NCBI GenBank assembly: GCA_964016885.1
Contig: OZ024744.1
Coordinates: forward strand, 26,412,001 to 26,476,000
Source of the DNA: Eledone cirrhosa
Taxonomy: Eukaryota
DNA length: 64,000 nt
Reading direction: 5' to 3'
Shown: positions 1-14,920 of the stretch, piece after piece
Layout: the number at the start of each line of letters is the position of its first letter
Position numbering within the stretch: the first letter of the stretch is position 1
Made by a program: the position numbers and the translations under genes
The notes under the pieces: model-generated
What the model was told of the DNA's origin: nothing
Databases searched by the model: none
What the model saw: only the letters and a program-made list of their open reading frames with translations

Positions 1-160
1 GGGTATTAAACAACCCATTTGTAATGCCTCCCGCCTATTGGGGATTTCGATTGTTATATTTTCATATTAAACGGTTTTTACACGACTGTATGTAAAATCC
101 CCGCCATATGTCTTTGTATTGTCCTCTTTGCTTATGCGCCCTTATGGCAAATAAAGAAAT
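1..160 (+). mobile_element. 3' end of an L1/Tx1-like LINE (rest outside window)
   Basis: TTGTATTGTCC...GCCC..TGGCAAATAAAGAAA followed by (TATC)n closely resembles the 3' terminus of the LINE at 4237-4282. Confidence 0.5.
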
Positions 161-265
161 CTATCTATCTATCTATCTATCTATATCTATCTACCTCTCT
201 CCCTTTCTTTCTACCCCTCTCTCTCTATCTCTATCTCTCTCGCTCTCTCTCTCTCTTTCTCTCTC

Positions 266-316
<51 letters not shown>

Positions 317-643
317 TTCCTCTTGTTATTTCTCTTTTTTGATTGTTAGGAAATTAAAAGTGGGAGTAAAACATGTCAATAAGAGCCTAATTGGAAATTA
401 ATTACACACAGTTATTTTAATTACAGCAATGGCGTCTGGGAAATGTGCGTGGGGAGGGGGAACAAGTGAGGGAAAATGAGCTGATATTGAAAACCTACAT
501 ATACACATATACATACTTGGATGACTACATATATAGACATTTATTTATGAAAACATGCATGTATGCATACATACTGTGTGGTACTCTTTGTCTGTGTGTA
601 TGTGTGTATGTTTCAGTAAACATACATACATACATATACACGT

Positions 644-712
<69 letters not shown>

Positions 713-772
713 TACATATACATATATATATATATACATATATACATACATACATATATACATATATACATG

Positions 773-822
<50 letters not shown>

Positions 823-1081
823 TATACATATATACATACATATATACATACATATATACATACGTACATATACACATACATACACACATATATAGATACA
901 TACATATATACATACATACATGAATACATATATACATATATACGTACATACAAGCAAACATATATATATATATATATATATACATATACAAACATACATA
1001 CGTACATACATACACTCGCACACACTTGCCGCACACACAAACACGCACGCACACAGACACAGACACTCACACACATACACG

Positions 1082-1163
<82 letters not shown>

Positions 1164-1243
1164 GACAGACATAAGGCTTTAATGAATATAACAATCTTAT
1201 ACCTAATATCTATAAAAAACTAATGAATACTTTATCGCTATAC

Positions 1244-1274
<31 letters not shown>

Positions 1275-1277
1275 TTA

Positions 1278-1321
<44 letters not shown>

Positions 1322-1400
1322 CCACCCGTCTCCCTTCTTCTCTCTTTGTATCTCCTTCTTTCCTTTTCCTCTCTTTTTTTTTCACACACACACGCGCACA
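160..1400. repeat. Compound microsatellites (TATC)n, (TC)n, (TA)n, (CA)n
   Basis: Directly visible. Source of the SL/YI/TH pseudo-ORFs. Confidence 0.95.
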
Positions 1401-1537
1401 CACTGACAACGATGCATACTTACATACGTTGTATATCACATTCGCTAAAACACACGCCCTCTCTCTCTCTGAGAGAGAAAGGGAGCCAGGAGGGAGAAAG
1501 AGAGAGCAAGCTATCTGTCTGTCTATATATCTATCAA

Positions 1538-4282
1538 GGAGCTAATAGATAGAGTAGAAGAGGCAATTAGAAGCGGCGACGTGGCCAGAGTGCTAGCGTG
1601 GAGAACGGCTTTGAGTCAGTTTTTCGACGCGAAACACGAAGGCTGCGTTGTCCGAAGTAAAATACGTGCTCTAGGGAACGAGGGGACCAAAGCTGTTAGC
1701 TGGGCCCGCGTGACAGAGGCCAACAGTGGAACTAAATCCACTATCCGGTCTTTGCGAGACGTGGATGGACTGGCGATTCTTGAGCCTAGGCAGATGTGTG
1801 AGGCCTTTCAAAGGCACTTTGCTCAACTGTTCGGAAGGGGCGGGGAGCCGGTTGGGGATGTGGACTTCGGTCCATAATTCGACGGCCTGCCGCGTCTCTC
1901 GGACAGGGAGGCGAAGTCCTGCGAGGAGCCGATTTCGGCCGCTGAGATAGAGGACGTGCTGAGCCAATGCGGCAAACGCAAATCCCCGGGTCTCGATGGT
2001 CTTCCATACGAATTATATATCTAGCTATGCCGGACTTGTTCCCCGATCTCCTCGAGGCGGTCTACTGCAACTGGCAACAGAACGGGAGAATTCCCTGTAC
2101 TGTGACCAAGGGCGTAGTCACGCTAGTGAGGAAGGACGAGAATAAGGGGGACGAAATAAGTAACTTCAGGCCCATAACCCTTCCAAATACAGAGTTACAG
2201 ATTTTGGACAAGGTGTTAGCAAAGAGGTTGGCGCTTGTCGTGGGCAATCTGGTGGGAGATGCGCAGACATGTGCTATCCCGTCCAGGTCCATCCATGACA
2301 ACCTCCACCTCATGAGATACATCATAGAGAGGGTTGGGAACGAACCCGGCTTTGGTGGGGCTCTGATCAACTTGGATCAATCTAAGGCGTTCGATAGGGT
2401 TACCTGGATGCGGTGCAAGCGGCGGCAGGCTTCGGACCCGTTTTCAGGGGCTGGATCACTGCTATGCACAGCAGCCGCATCTGCTCTAGGGTCAAGGTGA
2501 ACGGCTACCTCTCGGAGCCATTCAAAATCGCGCGGTCTATCCGACAAGGGTGCCCTCTCTCCTCCCTTCTGTATGTGTTGACTCTCGAGCCACTACTGCG
2601 GAAGTTGGAGTTGTTGCAGGGCATCTCTTTGGAACCGGGATTGCGGAAAGCGGTGACGGCCTACGCCGAATGACGTGACAGTAATGGTGTCGAGCACCTC
2701 GCAAATCGGGCAGATCGGCACCTTACTGGAGGCATACGAAAGGTTTACAGGAGCCAAGCTGAACCGGTACAAGTCGGTCGGTTTGCAATTCGGAACCTGG
2801 AGAGGCAGACCGATGCCCTCCGATGGCGTCGTCGGATGCTGGACGGAGGGCCCGGTGAAGTTGCTCGGGGTCTGGTTCGGACCAGACCTCCAGGTGGAGA
2901 AGAACTGGGCGGAGGTTACGAACAGGGTGTTTGCACTGACCCAGAAGTGGGCCAGTGCAAACTATCCCTGAAAGGTCGGGCGGAGGTGGCGAACACCTAT
3001 ATAGCGTCCGTCATCTACTACCGCCTCACCGTAGTGCCTTGCCCAAGGGAAACGCTCGCCAAGATGGAGCGCGCTCTTCCAATTACTTTGGAAGAGGTGG
3101 GCTCCCTTGCTGAGGAGATCCATCTGCTGTCAACACCCTTCGAAAGGAGGGCTGGGGAAGCCGTGGCTAATGATGCGTAAAGTCGCACTAAGGCTACGGC
3201 ACCTCCACGTATTCCTCATCGGTCAACCGGTGTGGGCCTCGTTTGTGAGACGAACCTTTCCCAGACTCGTCTCACTCACCGAGCTGCAATCCTGGGTCAA
3301 GCAAAGACCGAGAAAACTGGGCGCCTGGTACACTGAGTGTGCCCAGGCGCACACCGCCCTCTGGCAAGCGGATCCGGTTATCAGTGGAGACTCCACCGCA
3401 ACATTCTATAGAGGGCTGGTACGCAGCAGGTGCGACGACGCCCTCGGAGAAGCCCTAGACATGGAGGAGGACGAACTGGCCAGCCTGTTCGGTAGGACAT
3501 TCAGCCCGGGACCTATGGACAACTTCCAGAAGTCCCTGGCCTGGCAGTGCTACCGAGGGGCTCTACCCGTTCGAGAAAAGCTCTACAGACACGGGCGCCT
3601 GGGTAGGGACCCCGCCAAAAAGATCTGTACCAGATGCGTGTGCGACGAGGAAACCGTTACACACGCATTGGTACACTGCTCGGGCGTAGCCGATCTGTGG
3701 GGCTATGTCGAACAACTGCTGTCAAGGGTGGGACCGATCCGGTTGACCACCGAGTCTATTGTAATGATCAAGCCGCCTTCCCCCTTCAGAGATGAAGGAG
3801 AGGCGGTGTTTCTGTGCGTAATAGCCATGGTGAAAGAAGTTGTATGGTGGACGCGTCTGAAAGGACTGAGGTCAGGCACCTTTCTCTCTGGCCAACAACT
3901 GGTCCGTTTCTTCCGATATCATTTCGGAAGAAGGATCAGGATGGAGAGAGAGATGCTCCACCCCAGTCGTTTTTATGAAAGATGGGTGAAAGTGGCGAGA
4001 ATGGCCCGTGTGAATGGGCCTTCTCTTTACATAAGCCTGTAGATGGAAAAGAGGAACGAGGGAGCACCCACTCTCTGTGCTCCTGAGGAGAAGGGTTGCA
4101 CACTTTTTTCGGGGGTGTGTGCGACCCCCCAAGGCGCCTCCTCTCTATTGAGGATTTTGCTATATTTTATTTTATTTTTATATTTTGTTATTGCCTCCTC
4201 CTTATTGAGGACGCCTTGTTTTGTAAACTCCCCCCATTGTACTTGTCCCACTTTTGATGCCCTGGTGGCAAATAAAAGAAAC
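1538..4282 (+). mobile_element. 5'-truncated L1/Tx1-clade LINE retrotransposon
   Basis: RT motifs, C-terminal CCHC knuckle, 3' UTR with AATAAA at 4271, flanking 11-bp direct repeat ATATCTATCAA (1527-1537 and 4283-4293). Confidence 0.9.
1539..4042 (+). pseudogene. LINE ORF2 (reverse transcriptase + zinc knuckle), frameshifted, endonuclease missing
   Basis: KSPGLDGL, NFRPITL, LDQSKAFDRV, RQGCPLS, disrupted YADD (tacgccgaatgac ~2663), VKLLGVWF, CTRC-x8-H-x4-C spread over several frames. Confidence 0.9.
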
Positions 4283-4384
4283 ATATCTATCAATTTCTCT
4301 CTCCCCCTCTCTCCATCTATCTATCGATTTTTTAAAAATACATTGATACTTGATAGATTGTCCGACTTTGTGTCATTTCATTCA

Positions 4385-4422
<38 letters not shown>

Positions 4423-4436
4423 TATATATATATATA

Positions 4437-5293
4437 ACTAGCAGTAAAGCCCGGCGTTGCTCGGGGTCGCTCAGTAGCTGTATTAAAGTTACAATGTTAA
4501 GTTTCTTTCTTGGCTTAAAAACTGTAGTGTCTACTGTGCAGACTTGCATGTGGTGTTTTTGATTAATATTCCCTCAACCAACAATATGCATTATGAAGTT
4601 AAGAAAACATAACGATAACCCGAATGTTATAACAAAAGAGGATGCTGGGGATAGAAACTGCACTGGTTATTTATTAACAAAGATCGAAAATGTAAACACT
4701 GCAACGCAGAGAAAAACATTAACGTAACCAAATTATCAGTTATGTCTGTCTGCACGCCTATATCACCTCTCTGCACGACTGTCTGTCTGCACGACTGTCT
4801 GTCTGCACGCGTATATCACCTCTCTGCACGACTGTCTGTCTGCACGACTGTCTGTCTGCACGCCTAACGACGAAATATTTGCTTGTTTTACGTAGTCTTT
4901 AAATAGACTTGTTTTCAAGTAAAAATATTGTTTTAAAATGCTTTTAAATGGAAATGAAGCAAAACGGAAGCTTAGTGTTCGAACTGATGAATTTTGCAGG
5001 TCAATATTTTGCTGGCTCGACAACTGTTAAAGCCAGCGTAATTTTTTACGTAAGACGCTCAATGTAAACAGAACAAAGGGAAATAACTGATAACTTACGC
5101 TCAAAAATCGATACATTATATTCGATTTCGTCACATACGCTGGGTCAATTTGAAATTTTTTTTTTCCGATGTCTTCGCTAGGGCTCAATGTACAAGTATA
5201 GCAATTTCGGTGAAATTCCGTGAGAGATTCTAAGAGGAGATGTGTGCCAAAAATCGATAGACAGACAGACAACCACAGTTTTATATATATAGA
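4437..5293 (+). mobile_element. Non-autonomous Helitron/Helentron-like element
   Basis: Starts ACTAGCAGTAAAGCCCGGCGTTGCTCGGG (short hairpin), ends ACAGACAGAC...TTTTATATATATAGAT, internal (CTGT)-rich tandem at 4745-4862. Assigned by resemblance to Lep1/HINE-type termini. Confidence 0.5.
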
Positions 5294-5342
5294 TAAGCGA
5301 TTTTTTGCTTAAACTTAATCTGTTATTTTAATAGTTATGTAT

Positions 5343-5407
<65 letters not shown>

Positions 5408-5410
<3 letters not shown>

Positions 5411-5542
5411 AACGAGTAGGACCCCGATGGCCGAGCTCAAGCCGTTTCGACGGCTAATTCTGGATTACCCACTCTACTACCCTAAGTATTGAGTACTTTT
5501 GTGCGTTATGGTCCATCTGGTTCCTTACCACATTTCCTTCGT

Positions 5543-5544
<2 letters not shown>
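5408..5544. mobile_element. Short two-armed repeat fragment carrying the 3' half of an HHR (family shared with 10098-10294)
   Basis: Near-identical to 10098-10294, flanked by (TA)n on both sides. Confidence 0.6.
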
Positions 5545-5573
<29 letters not shown>

Positions 5574-5583
5574 ATATGTATGC

Positions 5584-5618
<35 letters not shown>

Positions 5619-5644
5619 TATATATTTATATATATATAAATATA

Positions 5645-5682
<38 letters not shown>

Positions 5683-5777
5683 TATATGTATATATATATG
5701 TAAATATATATATATGTATATATAGATATATAGATATATATGTATAGATATATATATGTATATGTATATATATATAT

Positions 5778-5921
5778 GGAGGCACATGGCTTAGTGGTTA
5801 CAGCATTGGCCTTGCAATCGAAAGGTTGTGAGTTCAATTCTCAGACTGGATGATGTGTTGTTTCCTTGAGCAAGACACTTTATTTCACATTGCTCCAGTT
5901 TACTCAGCTGTAGAAATGAGA
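5778..5921 (+). mobile_element. tRNA-derived SINE, family B
   Basis: A box TGGCTTAGTGG, B box GAGTTCAATTC, then CCTTGAGCAAGACACTT core. Copies at 23318, 26740(-), 37690(-). Confidence 0.8.
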
Positions 5922-6133
5922 TGATAGGGACTGAGGTCCCTATCATTCCACTGCAAAGTGGTCGTGGAGGTGCCACGGCAAAAAGCACCCAGCACTCACT
6001 GTAAATGAGGTTGGTGTTAGGAAGGGCATCCAGCTGTAGAAATCAAGCCAGAATCAGTTCCCACCCCACCCTTGCAAGCCGGGAAAAGTGGACGTAAAAT
6101 GATGATGCTGATGATGATATATAAATATATATG

Positions 6134-6164
<31 letters not shown>

Positions 6165-6279
6165 TTTTTTATATATATGTATATGTACATATATATATAT
6201 ATATATATGTATATAATATATATATATATATGTACATATACATATATATCAAAATATATATGTATATATATACATATAC

Positions 6280-6329
<50 letters not shown>

Positions 6330-6849
6330 ACACACACATTCATACATACATATATACTTACGTCCATCAATACTGACATACGCACACACATATGATTCCA
6401 CAGATACTAGAGTATAAGGCATTTCTCGGGGAGATTCAGTGAAAGGAGGTTGTGATAAAGCTGGCCCTTTGAAATTCAGTACAACATATTATTTACCACG
6501 TTAATTTCATAAGTGGGCCGAACCGTTAATCGAACAACTGAAACACTCATCGTCGAAAGTGAAGGAGATCCATCCCATCCATAGACAAACTATATACTGC
6601 CATACATAATACATACATTTATTTATATATTATTAGTATATATATATATGAGTGAGTATATAGGGATGTAAGTATGTTTTTATGTACGTATATAAGCCAT
6701 ACATACACAGTGTGAGAAAGAATCATATATATATATAGAGAGAATATTTTAGTTATTATATATATATAAATATAATAACTAACAAATAGTTTATCGCTCT
6801 ACATGGCTGCATACAAGTAAAGTAAATCTGAGCTTTTCGAATATTAATA

Positions 6850-6922
6850 ATTGTTTCTACTTTTGGCACAAGGCCAGCAATAGCCCAGTTCATTACTGGT
6901 ACTTGATTTTATCGACCTCGTA
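6850..6922 (-). mobile_element. SINE family A 3' fragment
   Basis: Reverse complement of GTCGATAAAAT..AGTACCAG...CCTTGTGCCAAAAGTAGAAACAATTA. Confidence 0.7.
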
Positions 6923-7081
6923 AATAATAATATTCGATTCGTTTGCAATAGTGCAGACAGCCTCTTTAAGCCACGTCAGTAGTATGACCCCGAATTTCTT
7001 GCTCATGTGCCGGCATATAAACAGAAATGCAGACACTAATGTTTCTGGGTGATAACCCTTCATCGGTAACGTATACTGCTT

Positions 7082-7161
<80 letters not shown>

Positions 7162-7191
7162 ATTTCTAGTTGATATATATATACATATGTA

Positions 7192-7779
7192 TTTCGTTTC
7201 TGAATTTGTTTAGTAAGATTCTTGAAAACGTGTGTTGAAACCGATATTGTTATACTTTGGGAGAGTCATGTTGCCAAAAAGAAACACAAGCACCAATTGT
7301 TTCACTCCAATTTATTATAAATTAAAAAATGTTTCAAAAAAACTTTAAAAGAACATTTTTTTTTATTTATTTATAAATTTCCGGTTGGTTGGTTGGTTGG
7401 TTGGTTGGTTCCACAACCGGACGGTTGTTCATATGTTGTCAAAGTTCTTTCGTCACACAAAATCAAGATGGCGTAGGACAGAACAAAGGAGAGGCACAAA
7501 ACAAAACAAAAGAATCCCCAGTCACTAAAGAGCTCACAGATTGTGTGACGAAAGAACTTTGACAGTATATATGAACAGCGGTCCGGTTGTGGAACCAACC
7601 AAGCAAACGGAAATTTACTATTTTCTTAAATATATAAATTTAATTTATAATAAATTGGAGTGAAAGCAACTGGTGCTTGTGTTTCTTATTGGCAACATGA
7701 CCCTCCCAAAGTATAACAATATCGGTTTCAACACACGTTTTCAGATAAAAAATCTTGCTAAACAAATTCAGAGACGAAA
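7192..7779. mobile_element. Solo PLE terminal repeat (pLTR) with inverted partial copy, family of the PLE at 52031-54030
   Basis: 7192-7459 is the inverse of ~7543-7779. Degenerate HHR at 7521-7563 (core CTAAAGA). Confidence 0.8.
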
Positions 7780-8124
7780 TACATATATATATATAAATAT
7801 ATATCACCAAGAAATTGATTGTCACATATCTAAAATAAACACATGAAACAATCACGGAATAATTTGTAAAGTGTGTAAGCACACACAGCTAGGTAGGTAA
7901 CTAATTAAAGTTTAACTAGAACTTCAAGTATAGATACATTTTAAAATGATTAATCATTTTAGTCATGTCTTGGACATGACACCCTTAGTTTGATTTTGGA
8001 TATATATATATATATATATAATGTTATACTTTGGGAGGGTCATATATATATTTGCTCTACGGTTCTTATATTATTGATATATATTTATCCTTATCGAGCC
8101 CTCTTTGGATTTTAGTCTTCAAAT

Positions 8125-8165
<41 letters not shown>

Positions 8166-8263
8166 GTTCTTTGAGTTTCAGTCATTGATGTTATTTAACT
8201 GGAAAGTTTGTTGAAATGAATATCAAGCCACTACCTGCAGCCTCAGATAGTCAGGACGTTAAC

Positions 8264-8947
<684 letters not shown>

Positions 8948-8960
8948 AGCAGGAAGAGGG

Positions 8961-8995
8961 TCTTAACGTTTCGGACGCTAGTCCTTCATCAGAAC
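8961..8995 (-). ncRNA. Minimal hammerhead ribozyme core
   Basis: CTGATGA-a-ggac/tagc/gtcc-GAAA-cg-TT with palindromic stem III. Stem I weak. Confidence 0.55.
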
Positions 8996-9183
8996 ATCAG
9001 AATAAAGAATGAGAAATAAGATAAATTGAGGGGACGGGCAGGTTGGAATTGTAAAAAATGTCTTTAGATAAAAATAACAGGTCCATTCATGTTGACATCT
9101 CTTGAAAAACTGTTGATGGTGTCGTTTTATAGATATGTGTGTATATATGCATATATGTGTGTATATATATATGTGTGTATATA

Positions 9184-9252
<69 letters not shown>

Positions 9253-9631
9253 TGTGTGTGTGTATATATATATACATATATATATATGTGTGTGTGTGTA
9301 TGTGTTAGTGTTTGTATGTATGTGTATATATACGTGCCGTGGCATGGAGGCTAATAATATGGGGTTATATAACTATTAGCAATTGGACACTATATACATT
9401 AATCATATTCAATCAATCTTCTTAAACGATCGTAAGAATGATTAAGCACTGATTTTCGCCTTTTGTTTTCATTGTTCAACACACACGTGCAGACATAACA
9501 CAACCCACATATACACACATCCAGACAGAGATTCAAACACACATATACACACACACATGCACGCACAGACATAAACATACACACACATATACACACACAC
9601 AAGTAAGCACACACGCACACACATATATGTA

Positions 9632-9726
<95 letters not shown>

Positions 9727-9864
9727 ATATGTATATCCATATATAAATATTTTAACATACATACCCATGCATAGATATTCATACTCACACATACAGATAT
9801 ACATACTTACATTTATGCATACATACAGTTATATATACCTACCTACCTACATACATACATATAT

Positions 9865-10021
9865 AATTATTTCTACTTTAGGCACTAGGCCAGCAATTAT
9901 TCCAGTGTATTACTGGTACTTTATTTTATCGACCCCGTAAGGATGAAAGGCAAAGTTGACCTCGGTGATATTTGAACTCAATCCGTAAAGGGACGTAACT
10001 ATGCTAGAAAACATGGCGTCC
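9865..10021 (-). mobile_element. tRNA-derived SINE, family A
   Basis: Reverse-complement match to 28219-28410. Confidence 0.8.
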
Positions 10022-10066
10022 ATATATAATGAGGAGTTGACGGACCCAGCATATTTATCAATGCAT

Positions 10067-10097
<31 letters not shown>

Positions 10098-10098
<1 letters not shown>

Positions 10099-10293
10099 GG
10101 AAAAAGTATAACCCCGACGGCAGAGCTCAAGCCGTTTCGACGGCTATATATATATACAGTCCAGAAATAGCTGTCGAAACGGCTTGAGCTCTGCCGTCGG
10201 GGTCATACTTTTTCCTATTTCCCACTCTACTACCTAAGTATTGAGTACTCTGGGGCGTTATGGTGCATCTGGTTCCTTACCACAATTCCTTTG

Positions 10294-10294
<1 letters not shown>
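10098..10294. mobile_element. Inverted-arm repeat with HHR 3' half
   Basis: 10098-10147 inverted at 10167-10218. GAAA-cggc/ttgagctct/gccg-TC-gggg at 10176-10202. Confidence 0.65.
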
Positions 10295-10339
<45 letters not shown>

Positions 10340-10571
10340 GTGAATAATGAGAGAGCGAGAGAGAGAGAGACAGAGAGGGGGAGAAAGAGCGAGAGAGAGA
10401 GAGGTGTATATATAGTCTAAAGATAGGACATGTGTGTTTAACTATTTCAAAATATATTGTTTCTACTATCTTCTACAATACTAATTCTACTCACGTTTTA
10501 CATAAATCAAGTTTGCAACTAAGTCATATACAGACATAATGTATATATACTTACGAACATATATACACACA

Positions 10572-10714
<143 letters not shown>

Positions 10715-10815
10715 GTATATATATATGTATATATATATGTATATATATATGTATATATATATGTATATATATATATGTATATATATATATGTATATATAT
10801 ATATTTATATATATA

Positions 10816-10909
<94 letters not shown>

Positions 10910-11009
10910 ATACAGAGAGAGATACATATATATATATATATATGTATCTCTCTCTGTATATATATGTATGCATGAATATATATATATATATAGTAATAAT
11001 AATAATAAT

Positions 11010-11089
<80 letters not shown>

Positions 11090-11581
11090 GTATCTCTCTC
11101 TATATATATATGTATGCATGTATATATATATATATATATATATAGTAATAATAATATATATATATATGTATATATATATACATTCACTTAGACGTACACC
11201 TAAAATCATGTCATAGATAAGTTCTACATTCAAACAAACTAACAAGACGATGAGGACACACACGCATGCGCATGAAGTTATTCAATAATATGTGACATGA
11301 TATACACACTGTAAATCAATGGCTGACCTTAATATATACACACAGGATATAAATACCTCACATTATACAACATAAATCAGCGATATCACACAATATCATA
11401 AATCAATGATATCACTATATACTCACTCAATCATACATCAATGAACATGTATTACGTATGTGTGTATATATATATACAAATATATGCGTATATATATATA
11501 CATGTATGTATGTGTATATATATATATATATATATGTGTGTGTATATATATAAATATATATTTATTCATATATATATATAC

Positions 11582-11650
<69 letters not shown>

Positions 11651-11678
11651 AATATATATGTGTATATATGTATATATA

Positions 11679-11732
<54 letters not shown>

Positions 11733-12007
11733 CATATATATATATATACATACATATACATACGCATTCATGCGACCATCAATCTTGTCATACATTTCAT
11801 GAATCACACATATACAGGAATACATACATACTTATATGTACGTGAGTATATATATTTCAATTTTCATGTATATATACATATACATAAGTATTTGATAGTT
11901 GTACATGATATATATATATGTACATAATATATATATATATATAAATATATATATAAATATATATACATATATATATATATGCATATATATATTGTATTGT
12001 TATTATT

Positions 12008-12200
12008 GGGGCGGTGGATTGGCAGTATCGGTAGAGGGTTGGTCGCCATGTTTTGTAGCATAGTTACGTCCCTTTACAGTCTGAGTTCAAATCCCGCCGA
12101 GGTTAACTTTGCCTTTCAACCTTACGGGGTCTATAAAATAAAGTACCAGTAATACACTGATATAATAATTCCTGGCCTTGTGCCAAAAGTAGAAAAAAAT
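12008..12200 (+). mobile_element. tRNA-derived SINE, family A
   Basis: A box TGGCAGTATCGG, B box GAGTTCAAATCC, conserved GCCTTTCA..CTTACGGGGTC.ATAAAATAAAGTACCAG body. Confidence 0.85.
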
Positions 12201-12279
12201 ATTATTATTATTATTATTATATATATATATTTGCATACGTATATATATACATATGCATATGTATTCATAGATTTGTTTG

Positions 12280-13150
12280 AATTTATATGTGTATGCTTGC
12301 ACGCGTGGGTTTATGCATGTGTGCGAGTGTGTATATGAGTGTGCATGTGTGTACATGAGCGTGCATACGTGTGTGCGTGTATATGTCTGTGCGAGTGTTT
12401 GTGTGTGTGTTTATGTGTATGTGTGTGTGTATGTGTGTGTGTATATATGTGTATGTGCACGTATGTATGTATGCGCGTGTAAGTTTGTGCGTACATGTGT
12501 GTATATGTATATCTGTTTGTGCATGTGTGTATGTTTGTGTGTATGTATGTATGTGTTTATGTATGTATGTTTGTATGTGTGTATGCGTGTGTATGTATGT
12601 GTGTGTGTGTATGTGTGTATGCATGTGTCTGTGTGTATATGTGTGTGTGTAAGTGTATGCGTGTGTATGTGTATGTGTGTGTGTATGTATGTATGTATGT
12701 ATGTATGTGTGTGTATGTGTGTGTATATGTATATATATATATGTGTGTGTATGTAAGTATGTGTATGTATGTATGTGTGTCTGTGTGTATATATGTATGT
12801 GTGTGTATGTATGTGTATGTGTGTGTGTCTGTGTGTATATGTGTGTGTGTTTGTATGTGTGTGTGAATGTGTGTGTGTGTGAGTGTGTGTGAGTGTGTGT
12901 GTCTGTGTCAGTATGTGTGTATCTGTTTGTGTGTGTATGTGCATGTGTGAGTGTGTGTATGTATGTGTGCTGGGGGGGGGGTATGTGTATGTGTGAGTGT
13001 ATGTGTGTGTGTGAGTTAATGTGAGAGTGGGTGTATATATGTATGTGTGTGCGTGTGTATGTGCGTGTTTGTGGGTATGTGTATATGTGGGTATGTGCGT
13101 GTGTGAGTGTATGTGTGTATGTGTGTGAGTGTGAGTGTGAGTGCGTGTGC
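12280..13150. repeat. Degenerate (GT)n/(GTAT)n microsatellite
   Basis: Directly visible. Confidence 0.95.
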
Positions 13151-13265
13151 CTGGCTTGGATAAATGGACTTCAGATTTAGTAGGATATGTCAGTCGTATT
13201 TTCTCGTAAGTTCCTCCAAGAAGCAAGAAATTCTACCGTTTTATATTCAGGAACAACACCCACAA

Positions 13266-14890
13266 TGTTGGTGGTGGTGGTGTTGTTGGTTGGGGTGGCG
13301 GTGGTGTCGGATTGTGTTGTTGTTGTTGGTGGTGTTGTTGTTGGTGGTGGTGGTGTTGTTGGTTGGGGTGGCGGTGGTGTCGGATTGTGTTGTTGTTGTT
13401 GGTGGTGGTGTTGTTGTTGGTGGTGGTGGTGTTGTTGGTTGGGGTGGTGGTGGTGTCGGATTGTGTTGTTGTTGTTGGTGGTGGTGTTGTTGTTGGTGGT
13501 GGTGGTGTTGTTGGTGGGGGTGGCGGTGGTGTCGGATTGTGTTGTTGTTGTTGGTGGTGGTGTTGTTGTTGGTGGGGGTGTTGTTGTTAGTGGTGTTGTT
13601 GTTGTTGTTGGTGTTGGTGGTGTTGGTGGTGTTGTTGTTGGTGGTGTTGTTGTTGTTGGTGGTGGTGGTGTTGGTGTTGGTGGTGTTGTTGTTGGTGGTG
13701 TTGTTGTTGTTGTTGGTGGGGGTGTTGTTGTTGGTGGTGGTGTTGTTGGCGGGGGTGGGGGTGGATTGTGTTGTTGTTGTTGGTGTTGTTGTTGGTGGGG
13801 GGTGTTGTTGTTGGTGGTGTTGTTGTTGTTGGTGTTGTTGTTGGTGGTGTTGTTGTTGTTGGTGTTGTTGTTGGTGGGGGTGTTGTTGTTGTTGTTGTTC
13901 GTGGTGTTGGTGTTGTTGTTGGTGGTGGTGGTGTTGTTGTTGGTGGTGGTGGTGTTGTTGTTGGTGGTGGTGGTGTTGTTGGTGGTGTTGGTGTTGTTGG
14001 TGGGGGTGGTGGTGGTGTTGGATTGTGTTGTTGTTGGTGGTGTTGTTGTTGGTGGGGGGTGCTGTTGTTGGTGGTGTTGTTGTTGGTGGGTGTGTTGTTG
14101 TTGGTGGTGTTGTTGTTGCTGGTGTTAGTGTTGTTGTTGGTGGTGTTGGTGGTGGTGTTGTTGTTGGTGGTGGTGTTGTTGTTGTTGGTGGTGTTGGTGT
14201 TGTTGGTGGTGTTGGTGGTGGTGTTGTTGTTGTTGGTGGTGTTGTTGTTGTTGTTGGTGGTGTTGGTGTTGTTGTTGGTGGTGGTGGTGTTGTTGTTGGT
14301 GGTGGTGGTGTTGTTGTTGGTGGTGGTGGTGTTGTTGGTGGTGTTGGTGTTGTTGGTGGGGGTGGTGGTGGTGTTGGATTGTGTTGTTGTTGGTGGTGTT
14401 GTTGTTGGTGGGGGGTGCTGTTGTTGGTGGTGTTGTTGTTGGTGGGTGTGTTGTTGTTGGTGGTGTTGTTGTTGCTGGTGTTAGTGTTGTTGTTGGTGGT
14501 GTTGGTGGTGGTGTTGTTGTTGGTGGTGGTGTTGTTGTTGTTGGTGGTGTTGGTGTTGTTGGTGGTGTTGGTGGTGGTGTTGTTGTTGTTGGTGGTGTTG
14601 TTGTTGTTGTTGGTGGTGTTGGTGTTGTTGTTGGTGGTGTTGTTGGTGTTGGTGGTGTTGTTGTTGGTGGCGGTATTGGTGCTGTTGTTGTTGGCGGTGT
14701 TGTTGTTGTTGTTGTTGGTGGTGTTGGTGGTGGTGGGGGGTGTCGGTGGTGTTGTTTGTGTTGTTGGTGGTGGTGGAGGTGGTTGGTGGTGGTGTTATTG
14801 GTGGAGGTGGTTGGTGGTGGTGCTGTTGGTGGTGGCGGAGGTGGTGCTTTTGTTGTTTTATTGTTGTTCGTGGTAGTGGTGGTGTCGTTG
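13266..14890. repeat. (GGT/GTT)n trinucleotide satellite with higher-order duplications
   Basis: Directly visible, with recurring GTCGGATTGT/GTTGGATTGT markers. The 570-aa ORF is an artefact. Confidence 0.95.
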
Positions 14891-14920
14891 ATGTGTAAAC
14901 ACAGATAGTTAAATCTTCTC

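Noticed and set aside
445-1194. Long YI/TH/CV-rich ORFs here and throughout the window
   Set aside because: Stop-free translations of (TA)n, (CA)n and (TC)n microsatellites
5778-5850. Possible tRNA gene
   Set aside because: A/B boxes run into a SINE body and there is no complete cloverleaf or acceptor stem
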